NCBI GenBank assembly: GCA_907165135.1
Contig: CAJRAX010000007.1
Coordinates: forward strand, 1-64,000
DNA length: 64,000 nt
From: Oikopleura dioica
Lineage: Eukaryota > Animalia > Chordata
Direction of reading: 5' to 3'
The translations under genes were made by a program, and so were the position numbers. The first letter of the stretch is position 1, and every line of letters begins with the position of its first letter. The notes below the pieces were generated by a model. That model did no database searches and was not told where the DNA came from. It worked only from the letters and a program-made list of their open reading frames with translations. Below, piece after piece: positions 1-12,400 of the stretch.

Positions 1-660
1 TTTTGCAATTTAAAATAAAATTAACCCTCGAACATGCGGGGCTTTTCATGCACAACAAAGAGCGATTAGATTAATTTCAGCAATCATAAATAAAAGTTAA
101 CCCTCGAACACTTGGGTCTGGATATTAATCATAAATTTCAAATAAAGTTAACCCTCGAACACAAGGGTTTCCATGCAAACATTTTTTTCCAAGCAATGAA
201 TGGTCAATCATGCAAATTTTAACATGAAAATTTGAAGCATTTTTAGTAAATAAATTTGGGAATCAAGCGGTTACTTTTGAAGGTGGTTCTAATTAGGTTT
301 CGAATAATAATTGTACAGTATTTATAAGTGCACGCGTACGTACTGTTAAGCCTAGACTCTGACCGCTTAATTTTAACCCCTAACCAGAGAAAACTGAAGA
401 GTGCGGCCGCTCGCTGGCCTTAGAGGTCTGCCGAGGTTCTAGCTCCGATGCAGACATAAAGCCGCGAGAAGACCTTTTACCATATGTGAGATGATAATTT
501 GGACCGTGAAGAGACGTTTTTGGGCGGAAAATTCGACGCCATCTTTTCAAATTTCTAAGTGTGAATTTGGGCAGTATTTTGAAGCTTAGTTCGAGTTCAA
601 TTTTACCGTGAATATTATCAAAAGATTTTTTTTTTCAGTTGTTTCTGTAGTTTTGTATCA
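1..660 (-). mobile_element. E0: 3' LTR (partial, runs off left edge) of a gypsy-type element related to E2/E3
   Basis: On the minus strand it starts TGATACAAAAC at 660, directly after GGACCCATAAGTGGTCACAG. That motif matches the one preceding the E2 3' LTR (GGACCCATGGAAGGTCACAG|TGATAT). A TCACGG motif lies ~50 nt in, as in the E2/E3 LTRs. The far end is outside the window. Confidence 0.7.
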
Positions 661-805
661 CTGTGACCACTTATGGGTCCGGAACTATTTTTCTTCCATT
701 ATTTTTTGTCAGTGAAACAATTATTTTTTCCTACAGAAAAATATTTTCGAACAAGCTTGGCTAATTGAACTCAAGCTACAAAATACCATGGATAAATGTT
801 CTTAT

Positions 806-1300
806 TTAAAGAGCCGTTTCTGGGCTAAAAATAAGCTCACCATTAGCGCGCTCGTGATTTGGAAAATTATCGCAAAAAAATTGATCAATAATTTCTCGCG
901 CTTCATATTTTCTAAGATGGAAGACGCCTTTTATATCATAAAATGCTGCAAGGGCCTTTAATTCAGGTTTACTAAACTCGCTTAATTTTGTCGGTTTTAA
1001 AACAACGAATATTCCGTAGAAAAGAAACTCCCCGTTCGTTGCCTTTTTCCAAAATTTAAAATTCTTTTGAACATGATTTCTAATTTTAAGCCTTAGTTCG
1101 GAAAGCTCATCATTTTCCCAATTATCTAATTCAAATTTGTTAGCTATGTATTTAAGCATTAGCATTGAAAGCTCGCTAAGCTTACAGAAAATTCCTTTTT
1201 CGATCGACATATTCTGTTTACACTGATCATAAATTAGGTCGAATTGATCAAAAAGCTGTTGATTTTCATTTTGTAATTTAAAATTTATTGAAAAATCCAT
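806..1300 (-). CDS. E0: Pol/integrase C-terminal extension with tandem HeH/SAP-like module (upstream pol missing; frame extends to ~1457 across a T-run)
   Basis: Aligns by eye with the E2 Pol C-terminus (IEKGIFCKLSEL/VENGIFIKLNEL; WKKATNGEFLFYG/WRKSRNGQLLFCG; PELKALAAFYDI/PELKTVCAFYDL; NFPNH/NFPNH). The in-frame upstream KKRGRESSKDS matches E2 KRRRERSDDS. Ends 145 bp before the LTR. Confidence 0.75.
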   Translation of the reverse strand: MDFSINFKLQNENQQLFDQFDLIYDQCKQNMSIEKGIFCKLSELSMLMLKYIANKFELDNWENDELSELRLKIRNHVQKNFKFWKKATNGEFLFYGIFVVLKPTKLSEFSKPELKALAAFYDIKGVFHLRKYEAREIIDQFFCDNFPNHERANGELIFSPETAL

Positions 1301-2450
1301 TCTGTCCGTCTGCTCGGCAAGTGCAATCTCAAAATTGTCGCTGTCTAAAATTTGGCACTTGCCTGAACGTCCAGAATTGGAATCTTTTGACGACTCCCTT
1401 CCTCGTTTTTTTTGGATTTGAGGGATTGTGGCTTACATCTAGGTTAGGGTTGGCCATTTTCGGTCGATGTCACGTGGGGTCAAAAATTTGGTCATATTTA
1501 GATTCCTCGGGTCAAAAAACATATCCTGCGAAAAAATTGGCCAAATTGACCAATCAGGTAACTCGTGATTGGCTTAAAACCTGATTTTTTTGGAAAATCC
1601 TGGACTTGATGAAGAAAATCGCTTCTGAAATCTGATTGGACAATAGTGAGTGGTCAATATAAGAATGTTTATTGTTACTCAGTGTCTAAAGAATATGTAC
1701 AAAAAAACAGAACATAAAAATCTGATCTGGTTTCTTATTGGTGGGCAGAAACGTTAACTGGACTTAGTGATTTTTACCCAAGTGGCCTCAGATTTTGAAA
1801 AATTTTGTTAAGTAAAGTCCATTTGTCGGTCGGTTTGACATATAGAACTGATAGAAGAGTGTCTAAGCTACACGTAGAGTACCAAAACAATGGTCCACCT
1901 ATTGGGAAAAAAATTTGGCAATCCGACGAAGATAGGTTAAAAAATTCAAAATCATGAAAAATCGACAAAAATGTCAAAAATTAATATATAACACTCCGGA
2001 AAATATTTTTGATGAAAAAAAAACATCATCAATAGAGGCTTGGGAGCATCACGTGACAAAAAATCTTTGTGAATTTCAATTGAAAATTTATAAAAGATGC
2101 TTGTTTCAAACAGAAACTAGGCTATATAATATAGTCAAAAAACTTATTTTTCTAAAATCTGATTGGTCGACCCGCCGAGAAAAGCTTTCTGATTGGTTGA
2201 AAATTGCCGCATTGAAAATCGTAAAGACAAAATAAGATTATTTATTTATTTGTTAAACAGAGAAGAAAAACAACGAGGCATATTTGAAAAGATCTAGAGC
2301 CAGCATAGATTTTATCAATTAGGTCTTATTTTTTTTCATAAAATGATATTATAACTATCGAATTTAAAGGTCTCTTCTCAAATCATAACTGTAAGATGAG
2401 CCAAAGAATGATAATTAAGAAGAGACCCTTAACGATAGCCAAATATTATT

Positions 2451-2778
2451 GAAAATCCCGTGACATGACGAACACCGAGCTGCGATCTAATCCTAAACAC
2501 CACCAAAAATGAATCAACAACTACTTTATTATATTTTTTGAGTGCTGGTGATCAAAAAATACAATAAAATAGTATATTTTTCCCGGATAAGATCCCTTCT
2601 TTCGCCCAAGAAGGGATCTTATGACGGGAAATGCGAAACACATTTGATGATGTCATGGTCCAATGGCCGATTATAAAATCGGAGTGACAGCGGAACCATA
2701 CCGTCACTAAAGATAAATCAAGTCGTCGAATGCATTCGATGTTCGGTGAGCTCGATGTTCGCGGTCACGTGATTTTTC
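2451..2778 (-). ncRNA. Candidate structured RNA element (multibranch, ~330 nt), family not recognised
   Basis: Nested inverted repeats: 2451-2481/2749-2778, 2515-2522/2721-2728, 2521-2540/2553-2572, perfect 15-bp stem 2587-2601/2608-2622, 2667-2672/2677-2682, 2683-2691/2700-2708. Most stem mismatches become G-U pairs on the minus strand. Confidence 0.4.
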
Positions 2779-2787
2779 TTTCTGAAA

Positions 2788-3075
2788 TAAAAAAAGATGA
2801 AGCTTTGAATGAACACTTCTAAAAATTTAAAATGAAGAAAGAGAAAAAATATCGATAAGTAAATTTTTTACAGATTTTGAAAAAGGGCAGTGAAATAATA
2901 TATACAGCTCTCTTTCGTGAGATGGACCTTGTCTTCTGTGTACGCCAGTTTGAAAGGAAGGCTGATGTCCGATGTTTGAAGAAAATTGCCAGTCGAAGCA
3001 AACTAAAGAGAGAGTAAAATCATTGAATTGCCATAACCGTACAGAATCAATCATCGATATATCGATAATATCGAT
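2788..3075. repeat. 288-bp non-satellite unit, copy 1 (native array-flank position)
   Basis: TAAAAAAAGATGAAGCTTTG...ATCGATATATCGATAATATCGAT. Continuous with unique sequence on the left and merges into the satellite on the right. Confidence 0.9.
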
Positions 3076-4077
3076 TTTGAGCTGTAAATCATCTAAAAAC
3101 GCAAAAAACGCATCAGAATTTATATTTCTTTTTTTATTTTTATGAACTGTAAATCATCTGAAAACGCCAAAAAACGCATCAGAATTTTTCTTAATTTTTC
3201 GATTTTTTGAACTGTAAATTATCTGAAAACGCCAAAAACGCATCAGAATTTCTATTAATTTTTTATATTTTTATGAACTGTAAATCATCTGAAAATGCCA
3301 AAAACGCATCAGAATTTTTTAATTTTTTATGAACTGTAAATCATCTGAGAACGCCAAAAACGCATCAGAATTTTTTAATTTTTTTATATTTTTATGAACT
3401 GTAAATCATCTGAAAACGCCAAAAACGCATCAGAATTTATATTTATTTTTTATTTTTATGAACTGTAAATCATCTGAAAACGCCAAAAAACGCATCAGAA
3501 TTTTTTAATTTTTTATTTTTTGAACTGTAAATTTTCTGAAAACGCCAAAAAAGCATCAGAATTTCTATTAATTTTTTATTTTTATGAACTGTAAATTATC
3601 TGAAAACGCCAAAAACGCATCAGAATTTTATTTTAATTTTCTTTTATTTTCATGAACTGTAAATCATCTGAAAACGCCAAAAAACGCATAAGAATTTTTT
3701 AATTTTTTGATTTGTAAATTATCTGAAAACGCCAAAAACGCATCAGAATTTCTGTTAATTTTTTATTTTTATGAACTGTAAATCATCTGAAAACGCCAAA
3801 AAACATATCATAATTTTTTTAAATTTTTTTTTTATTTTCATGAACTGTATCATCTGAAAATGCCAAAAAACGCATCAGAATTTTTTTATTTTTTTTTTAT
3901 TTTTATGAACTGTTAATCATCTGAAAACGCCAAAAAACGCATCAGAATTTTTCTTAATTTTTTTCGATTTTTTTGAACTGTAAATTATCTGAAAACGCCA
4001 CAAAACGCATCAGAATTTTTATTAATTTTTTTTTTTTTTTTATGAACTGTTCATCATCTGAAAACGCCAAAAAACGC

Positions 4078-4365
4078 TAAAAAAAGATGAAGCTTTGAAT
4101 GAACACTTCTAAAAATTTTAAATGAAGAAAGAGAAAAAATATCGATAAGTAAATTTTTTACAGATTTTGAAAAAGGGCAGTGAAATAATATATACAGCTC
4201 TCTTTCGTGAGATGGACCTTGTCTTCTGTGTACGCCAGTTTGAAAGGAAGGCTGATGTCCGATGTTTGAAGAAAATTGCCAGTCGAAGCAAACTAAAGAG
4301 AGAGTAAAATCATTGAATTGCCATAACCGTACAGAATCAATCATCGATATATCGATAATATCGAT
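4078..4365. repeat. 288-bp unit, copy 2
   Basis: Near-identical to 2788-3075; left junction is satellite aaacgc|taaaaaaagatg. Confidence 0.92.
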
Positions 4366-7300
4366 TTTTTTGAGCTGTAAATCATCTAAAAACGCAAAAA
4401 AACGCATCAGAATTTATATTTCTTTTTTTTTTTTATTTTTATGAACTGTAAATCATCTGAAAACGCCAAAAAACGCATCAGAATTTTTCTTAATTTTTTT
4501 CGATTTTTTTGAACTGTAAATTATCTGAAAACGCCAAAAAACGCATCAGAATTTCTATTAATTTTTTTTTATATTTTTATGAACTGTAAATCATCTGAAA
4601 ATGCCAAAAAACGCATCAGAATTTTTTTAATTTTTTTTTTATGAACTGTAAATCATCTGAGAACGCCAAAAACGCATCAGAATTTTTTTTAATTTTTTTT
4701 ATATTTTTATGAACTGTAAATCATCTGAAAACGCCAAAAAACGCATCAGAATTTTTCTTAATTTTTTTCGATTTTTTTGAACTGTAAATTATCTGAAAAC
4801 GCGAAAAAACGCATCAGAATTTTTTTTATTTTTTTTTTTTATTTTTATGAACTGTAAATCATCTGAAAACGCCAAAAAACGCATCAGAATTTTTCTTAAT
4901 TTTTTTCGATTTTTTTGAACTGTAAATTATCTGAAAACGCCAAAAACGCATCAGAATTTTTCTTTTTTTTTTTATATATTTTTTTGAACTGTAAATCATC
5001 TGAAAACGCAAAAAAACGCATCACAGTTTTTTTTTAATTTTTTTTTTATTTTTATGAATTGTAAATCATCTAAAAACGCAAAAAAACGCATCAGAATTTA
5101 TATTTATTTTTTTTATTATTTTTATGAACTGTAAATCATCTGAAAACGCCAAAAAACGCATCAGAATTTTTTTTAATTTTTTTTTTAATTTTTTGAACTG
5201 TAAATTATCTGAAAACGCCAAAAAAAGCATCAGAATTTCTATTAATTTTTTTTTTTATTTTTATGAACTGTAAATTATCTGAAAACGCCAAAAAACGCAT
5301 CAGAATTTTATTTTAATTTTCTTTTATTTTCATGAACTGTAAATCATCTGAAAACGCCAAAAAACGCATAAGAATTTTTTTTTATTTTTATGAATTGTAA
5401 ATCATCTAAAAACGCAAAAAACGCATCAGAATTTATATTTATTTTTTTTTTATTTTTATGAACTGTAAATCATCTGAAAACGCCAAAAAACGCATCAGAA
5501 TTTTTTTTAATTTTTTTTTTTTTGAACTGTAAATTATCTGAAAACGCCAAAAAACGCATCAGAATTTCTATTAATTTTTTTTTTTATTTTTATGAACTGT
5601 AAATTATCTGAAAACGCCAAAAAACGCATCAGAATTTTATTTTAATTTTCTTTTATTTTCATGAACTGTAAATCATCTGAAAACGCCAAAAAACGCATAA
5701 GAATTTTTTTTAATTTTTTTGATTTGTAAATTATCTGAAAACGCCAAAAAACGCATCAGAATTTCTGTTAATTTTTTTTTATTTTTATGAACTGTAAATC
5801 ATCTTAAAACGCCAAAAAACATATCATAATTTTTTTTAATTTTTTTTTTTATTTTCATGAACTGTAAATCATCTGAAAACGCCAAAAAACGCATCAGAAT
5901 TTTTATTAATTTTTTTTTTTTATTTTAATGAACTGTAAATCATCTGAAAATGCCAAAAAACGCATCAGAATTTTTTTATTTTTTTTTTATTTTTATGAAC
6001 TGTAAATCATCTGAAAACGCCAAAAAACGCATCAGAATTTTTCTTAATTTTTTTCGATTTTTTTGAACTGTAAATTATCTGAAAACGCCACAAAACGCAT
6101 CAGAATTTTTATTAATTTTTTTTTTTTATGAACTGTTCATCATCTGAAAACGCCAAAAAACGCATCAGAATTTTTATTTATTTTTTATTTTTATGAACTG
6201 TTCATCATCTGAAAACGCAAAAAAACGCATCAGAATTTTTCTTTATTTTTTTTTATTTTTATGAACTGTTCATCATCTGAAAACGCCAAAAAACGCATCA
6301 GATTTTTTAATTTTTTATTTATATGAACTGTAAATCATCTGAAAACGCCAGAAAACGCATCAGAATTTTTTTTTTTTTATATATTTTTTGAACTGTAAAT
6401 CATCTGAAAACGCCAAAAAACGTATCAGAATTTTTTTTAATTTTTTTTTTAAATTTTTATGAACTGTTAATCATCTTAAAACGCCAAAAAACGCATCAGA
6501 ATTTTTTTTATTTTTTTTTTGTTTTTATGAACTGTAAATCATCTGAAAACGCCAAAAAACGCATAAGAATTTTTTTTTATTTTTATGAATTGTAAATCAT
6601 CTAAAAACGCAAAAAACGCATCAGAATTTATATTTATTTTTTTTTTATTTTTATGAACTGTAAATCATCTGAAAACGCCAAAAAACGCATCAGAATTTTT
6701 TTAATTTTTTTTTTTTTTTTGAACTGTAAATTATCTGAAAACGCCAAAAAACGCATCAGAATTTCTATTAATTTTTTTTTTTATTTTAATGAACTGTAAA
6801 TTATCTGAAAACGCCAAAAAACGCATCAGAATTTTATTTTAATTTTCTTTTATTTTCATGAACTGTAAATCATCTGAAAACGCCAAAAAACGCATAAGAA
6901 TTTTTTTTAATTTTTTTGATTTGTAAATTATCTGAAAACGCCAAAAAACGCATCAGAATTTCTGTTAATTTTTTTTTATTTTTATGAACTGTAAATCATC
7001 TGAAAACGCCAAAAAACATATCATAATTTTTTTAAATTTTTTCTTTTATTTTCATGAACTGTAAATCATCTGAAAACGCCAAAAAACGCATCAGAATTTT
7101 TATTAATTTTTTTTTTTTTATTTTAATGAACTGTAAATCATCTGAAAATGCCAAAAAACGCATCAGAATTTTTTTTTTTTTTATTTTTATGAACTGTAAA
7201 TCATCTGAAAACGCCAAAAACGCATCAGAATTTTTCTTAATTTTTTTCGATTTTTTTGAACTGTAAATTATCTGAAAACGCCACAAAACGCATCAGAATT

Positions 7301-9177
7301 TTTATTAATTTTTTTTTTATGAACTGTTCATCATCTGAAAACGCCAAAAACGCATCAGAATTTTTATTAATTTTTTATTTTTATGAACTGTTCATCATCT
7401 GAAAACGCAAAAAAACGCATCAGAATTTTTCTTTATTTTTTTTTATTTTTATGAACTGTTCATCATCTGAAAACGCCAAAAAACGCATCAGATTTTTTTT
7501 TTAATTTTTTTTTTTTATTTATATGAACTGTAAATCATCTGAAAACGCCAGAAAACGCATCAGAATTTTTCTTTTTTTTTTTATATATTTTTTTGAACTG
7601 TAAATCATCTGAAAACGCCAAAAAACGTATCAGAATTTTTTTTAATTTTTTTTTTAAATTTTTATGAACTGTTAATCATCTTAAAACGCCAAAAAACGCA
7701 TCAGAATTTTTTTTATTTTTTTTTTGTTTTTATGAACTGTAAATCATCTGAAAACGCCAAAAAACGCATCAGAATTTTTCTTAATTTTTTATTTTTTTGA
7801 ACTGTAAATCATCTGAAAATGCCAAAAAACGCATCAGAATTTTTCTTAATTTTTTTCGATTTTTTTAAACTGTCAATTATCTGAAAACGCCAAAAAATGC
7901 ATCAGAATTTTTATTAATTTTTTTTTTATTTTTATGAATTGTAAATCATCTAATACGGCAAAAAACGCATCAGAATTTTTCTCAATTTTTTTATTATTTT
8001 TATGAACTGTAAATCATCTGAAAACGCAAAACAACGCATCAGAATTTTGATTAATTCTTTTTTATTTTTATGAACTGTAAATCATCTGAAAACGCCAAAA
8101 AACGCATCAGAATTTTTTTTAATTTTTTTTTATTTTTATGAACTGTAAATCATCTGAAAACGCCAAAAAACGCATCAGAATTTTTCTTAATTTTTTTTTT
8201 TTTTTGAACTGTAAATCATCTGAAAATGCCAAAAACGCATCAGAATTTTTCTTAATTTTTTCGATTTTTTGAACTGTAAATCATCTGAAAACGCCAAAAA
8301 CGCATCAGAATTTTTTAAATTTTTTTATTTTTATGAACTGTAAATCATCTGAAAACGCCAAAAAACGCATCAGAATTTTTTTATTTTTTTTTATTTTTAT
8401 GAACTGTAAATCATCTGAAAACGCCAAAAAACGCATCAGAATTTTTTTTAATTTTTTTTTTATTTTTATGAACTGTAAATTATCTGAAAACGCCAAAAAA
8501 CGTATCAGAATTTTTTTAAATTTTTTTTTAAATTTTTATGAACTGTTAATCATCTTAAAACGCCAAAAAACGCATCAGAATTTTTTTTATTTTTTTTTTA
8601 TTTTTATGAACTGTAAATTATCTAAAAACGCCAAAAAACGCATCAGAATTTTTTTAAATTTTTTTTTTGTTTTTATGAACTGTAAATCATCTGAAAACGC
8701 CAAAAAACGCATCAGAATTTTTCTTAATTTTCTTTTATTTTCATGAACTGTAAATCATCTGAAAACGCCAAAAAACGCATAAGAATTTTTTTTAATTTTT
8801 TTGATTTGTAAATTATCTGAAAACGCCAAAAAACGCATCAGAATTTCTGTTAATTTTTTTTTATTTTTATGAACTGTAAATCATCTGAAAACGCCAAAAA
8901 ACATATCATAATTTTTTTAAATTTTTTTTTTATTTTCATGAACTGTAAATCATCTGAAAATGCCAAAAAACGCATCAGAATTTTTTTATTTTTTTTTTAT
9001 TTTTATGAACTGTTAATCATCTGAAAACGCCAAAAAACGCATCAGAATTTTTCTTAATTTTTTTCGATTTTTTTGAACTGTAAATTATCTGAAAACGCCA
9101 CAAAACGCATCAGAATTTTTATTAATTTTTTTTTTTTTTTTATGAACTGTTCATCATCTGAAAACGCCAAAAAACGC

Positions 9178-9465
9178 TAAAAAAAGATTAAGCTTTGAAT
9201 GAACACTTCTAAAAATTTAAAATGAAGAAAGAGAAAAAATATCGATAAGTAAATTTTTTACAGATTTTGAAAAAGGGCAGTGAAATAATATATACAGCTC
9301 TCTTTCGTGAGATGGACCTTGTCTTCTGTGTACGCCAGTTTGAAAGGAAGGCTGATGTCCGATGTTTGAAGAAAATTGCCAGTCGAAGCAAACTAAAGAG
9401 AGAGTAAAATCATTGAATTGCCATAACCGTACAGAATCAATCATCGATATATCGATAATATCGAT
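9178..9465. repeat. 288-bp unit, copy 3
   Basis: Same sequence and same left junction; one visible substitution (gattaagc vs gatgaagc). Confidence 0.92.
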
Positions 9466-12400
9466 TTTGAGCTGTAAATCATCTAAAAACGCAAAAAAAC
9501 GCATCAGAATTTATATTTCTTTTTTTTTTTTATTTTTATGAACTGTAAATCATCTGAAAACGCCAAAAAACGCATCAGAATTTTTCTTAATTTTTTCGAT
9601 TTTTTGAACTGTAAATTATCTGAAAACGCCAAAAACGCATCAGAATTTCTATTAATTTTTTATATTTTTATGAACTGTAAATCATCTGAAAATGCCAAAA
9701 ACGCATCAGAATTTTTTATTTTTTTTTTTATGAACTGTAAATCATCTGAAAACGCCAAAAACGCATCAGAATTTTTTTAATTTTTTATATTTTTATGAAC
9801 TGTAAATCATCTGAAAACGCCAAAAACGCATCAGAATTTTTCTTATATTTTTTCGATTTTTTTGAACTGTAAATTATCTGAAAACGCCAAAAAACGCATC
9901 AGAATTTTTCTTTTTTTTTTTATATATTTTTTTGAACTGTAAATCATCTGAAAACGCCAAAAAACGTATCAGAATTTTTTTAAATTTTTTTTTAATTTTT
10001 ATGAACTGTTAATCATCTAAAAACGCCAAAAAACGCATCAGAATTTTTTTTAATTTTTATTTATTTTTAAAAACTGTAAATTATCTAAAAACGCCAAAAA
10101 ACGCATCAGAATTTTTTTTAATTTTTTTTTTGTTTTTATGAACTGTAAATCATCTGAAAACGCCAAAAAACGCATCAGAATTTTTCTTAATTTTTTTTTT
10201 ATTTTTTTGAACTGTTAATCATCTGAAAATGCCAAAAAACGCATCAGAATTTTTCTTAATTTTTTTGATTTTTTTGAACTGTAAATCATCTGAAAACGCC
10301 AAAAAACGCATCAGAATTTTTTTTAATTTTTTTTTTATTTTTATGAACTGTAAATCATCTGAAAACGCAAAAAAACGCATCACAGTTTTTTTTTAATTTT
10401 TTTTTTTATTTTTATGAATTGTAAATCATCTTAAAACGCAAAAAAACGCATCAGAATTTTTTTTAATTTTTTTTTTATTTTTTTGAACTGTAAATTATCT
10501 GAAAACGCCAAAAAACGCATCAGAATTTCTATTAATTTTTTTTTTTATTTTTATGAACTGTAAATTATCTGAAAACGCCAAAAAACGCATCAGAATTTTA
10601 TTTTAATTTTCTTTTATTTTCATGAACTGTAAATCATCTGAAAACGCCAAAAACGCATAAGAATTTTTTTAATTTTTTGATTTGTAAATTATCTGAAAAC
10701 GCCAAAAACGCATCAGAATTTCTGTTAATTTTTTATTTTTATGAACTGTAAATCATCTGAAAACGCCAAAAAACATATCATAATTTTTTTAAATTTTTTT
10801 TTTTATTTTCATGAACTGTAAATCATCTGAAAACGCCAAAAAACGCATCAGAATTTTTATTAATTTTTTTTTTTTATTTTAATGAACTGTAAATCATCTG
10901 AAAATGCCAAAAACGCATCAGAATTTTTTTTATTTTTTTATTTTTATGAACTGTAAATCATCTGAAAACGCCAAAAACGCATCAGAATTTTTCTTAATTT
11001 TTTCGATTTTTTGAACTGTAAATTATCTGAAAACGCCACAAAACGCATCAGAATTTTTATTAATTTTTTTATGAACTGTTCATCATCTGAAAACGCCAAA
11101 AAACGCATCAGAATTTTTATTAATTTTTTTTTTATTTTTATGAACTGTTCATCATCTGAAAACGCAAAAAAACGCATCAGAATTTTTCTTTATTTTTTTT
11201 TTATTTTTATGAACTGTTCATCATCTGAAAACGCCAAAAAACGCATCAGATTTTTTTTTTAATTTTTTTTTTTTTTATTTATATGAACTGTAAATCATCT
11301 GAAAACGCCAGAAAACGCATCAGAATTTTTCTTTTTTTTTTTATATATTTTTTTGAACTGTAAATCATCTGAAAACGCCAAAAAACATATCATAATTTTT
11401 TTAAATTTTTTTTTTTATTTTCATGAACTGTAAATCATCTGAAAACGCCAAAAAACGCATCAGAATTTTTATTAATTTTTTTTTATTTTAATGAACTGTA
11501 AATCATCTGAAAATGCCAAAAACGCATCAGAATTTTTTATTTTTTTATTTTTATGAACTGTAAATCATCTGAAAACGCCAAAAAACGCATCAGAATTTTT
11601 CTTAATTTTTTTCGATTTTTTTGAACTGTAAATTATCTGAAAACGCCACAAAACGCATCAGAATTTTTATTAATTTTTTTTTTTTTTATGAACTGTTCAT
11701 CATCTGAAAACGCCAAAAAACGCATCAGAATTTTTATTAATTTTTTTTTTATTTTTATGAACTGTTCATCATCTGAAAACGCAAAAAAACGCATCAGAAT
11801 TTTTCTTTATTTTTTTTTATTTTTATGAACTGTTCATCATCTGAAAACGCCAAAAAACGCATCAGATTTTTTTTTTAATTTTTTTTTTTATTTATATGAA
11901 CTGTAAATCATCTGAAAACGCCAGAAAACGCATCAGAATTTTTCTTTTTTTTTTTTATATATTTTTTTGAACTGTAAATCATCTGAAAACGCCAAAAAAC
12001 GTATCAGAATTTTTTTTAATTTTTTTTTAAAATTTTTATGAACTGTTAATCATCTTAAAACGCCAAAAAACGCATCAGAATTTTTTTTATTTTTTTTTTA
12101 TTTTTATGAACTGTAAATTATCTAAAAACGTCAAAAAACGCATCAGAATTTTTTTTAATTTTTTTTTTTTGTTTTTATGAACTGTAAATCATCTGAAAAC
12201 GCCCAAAAACGCATCAGAATTTTTCTTAACTTTTTTTTTATTTTTTTGAACTGTAAATCATCTGAAAATGCCAAAAAACGCATCAGAATTTTTCTTAATT
12301 TTTTTCGATTTTTTTGAACTGTAAATCATCTGAGAACGCCAAAAAACGCATCAGAATTTTTTTAAATTTTTTTTTTATTTTTATGAACTGTAAATCATCT

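Noticed and set aside
2487-2496. CTAATCCTAA as a telomerase-template-like sequence (and TTAGGG at 1444-1449)
   Set aside because: One mismatch to CUAACCCUAA, on the strand opposite to that favoured by the G-U pairs, and no telomeric array; chance match likely.
2632-2650. Hammerhead-like words GAAAC and TTGATGA
   Set aside because: Order and 6-nt spacing cannot form the three stems, and the CUGAUGA core is imperfect.
2819-3054. Minus-strand ORFs MIDSVRLWQ... and MLRLAIFF... repeated with the 288-bp unit
   Set aside because: Short, no recognisable domain, and start positions vary with flanking satellite; recurrence reflects DNA duplication.
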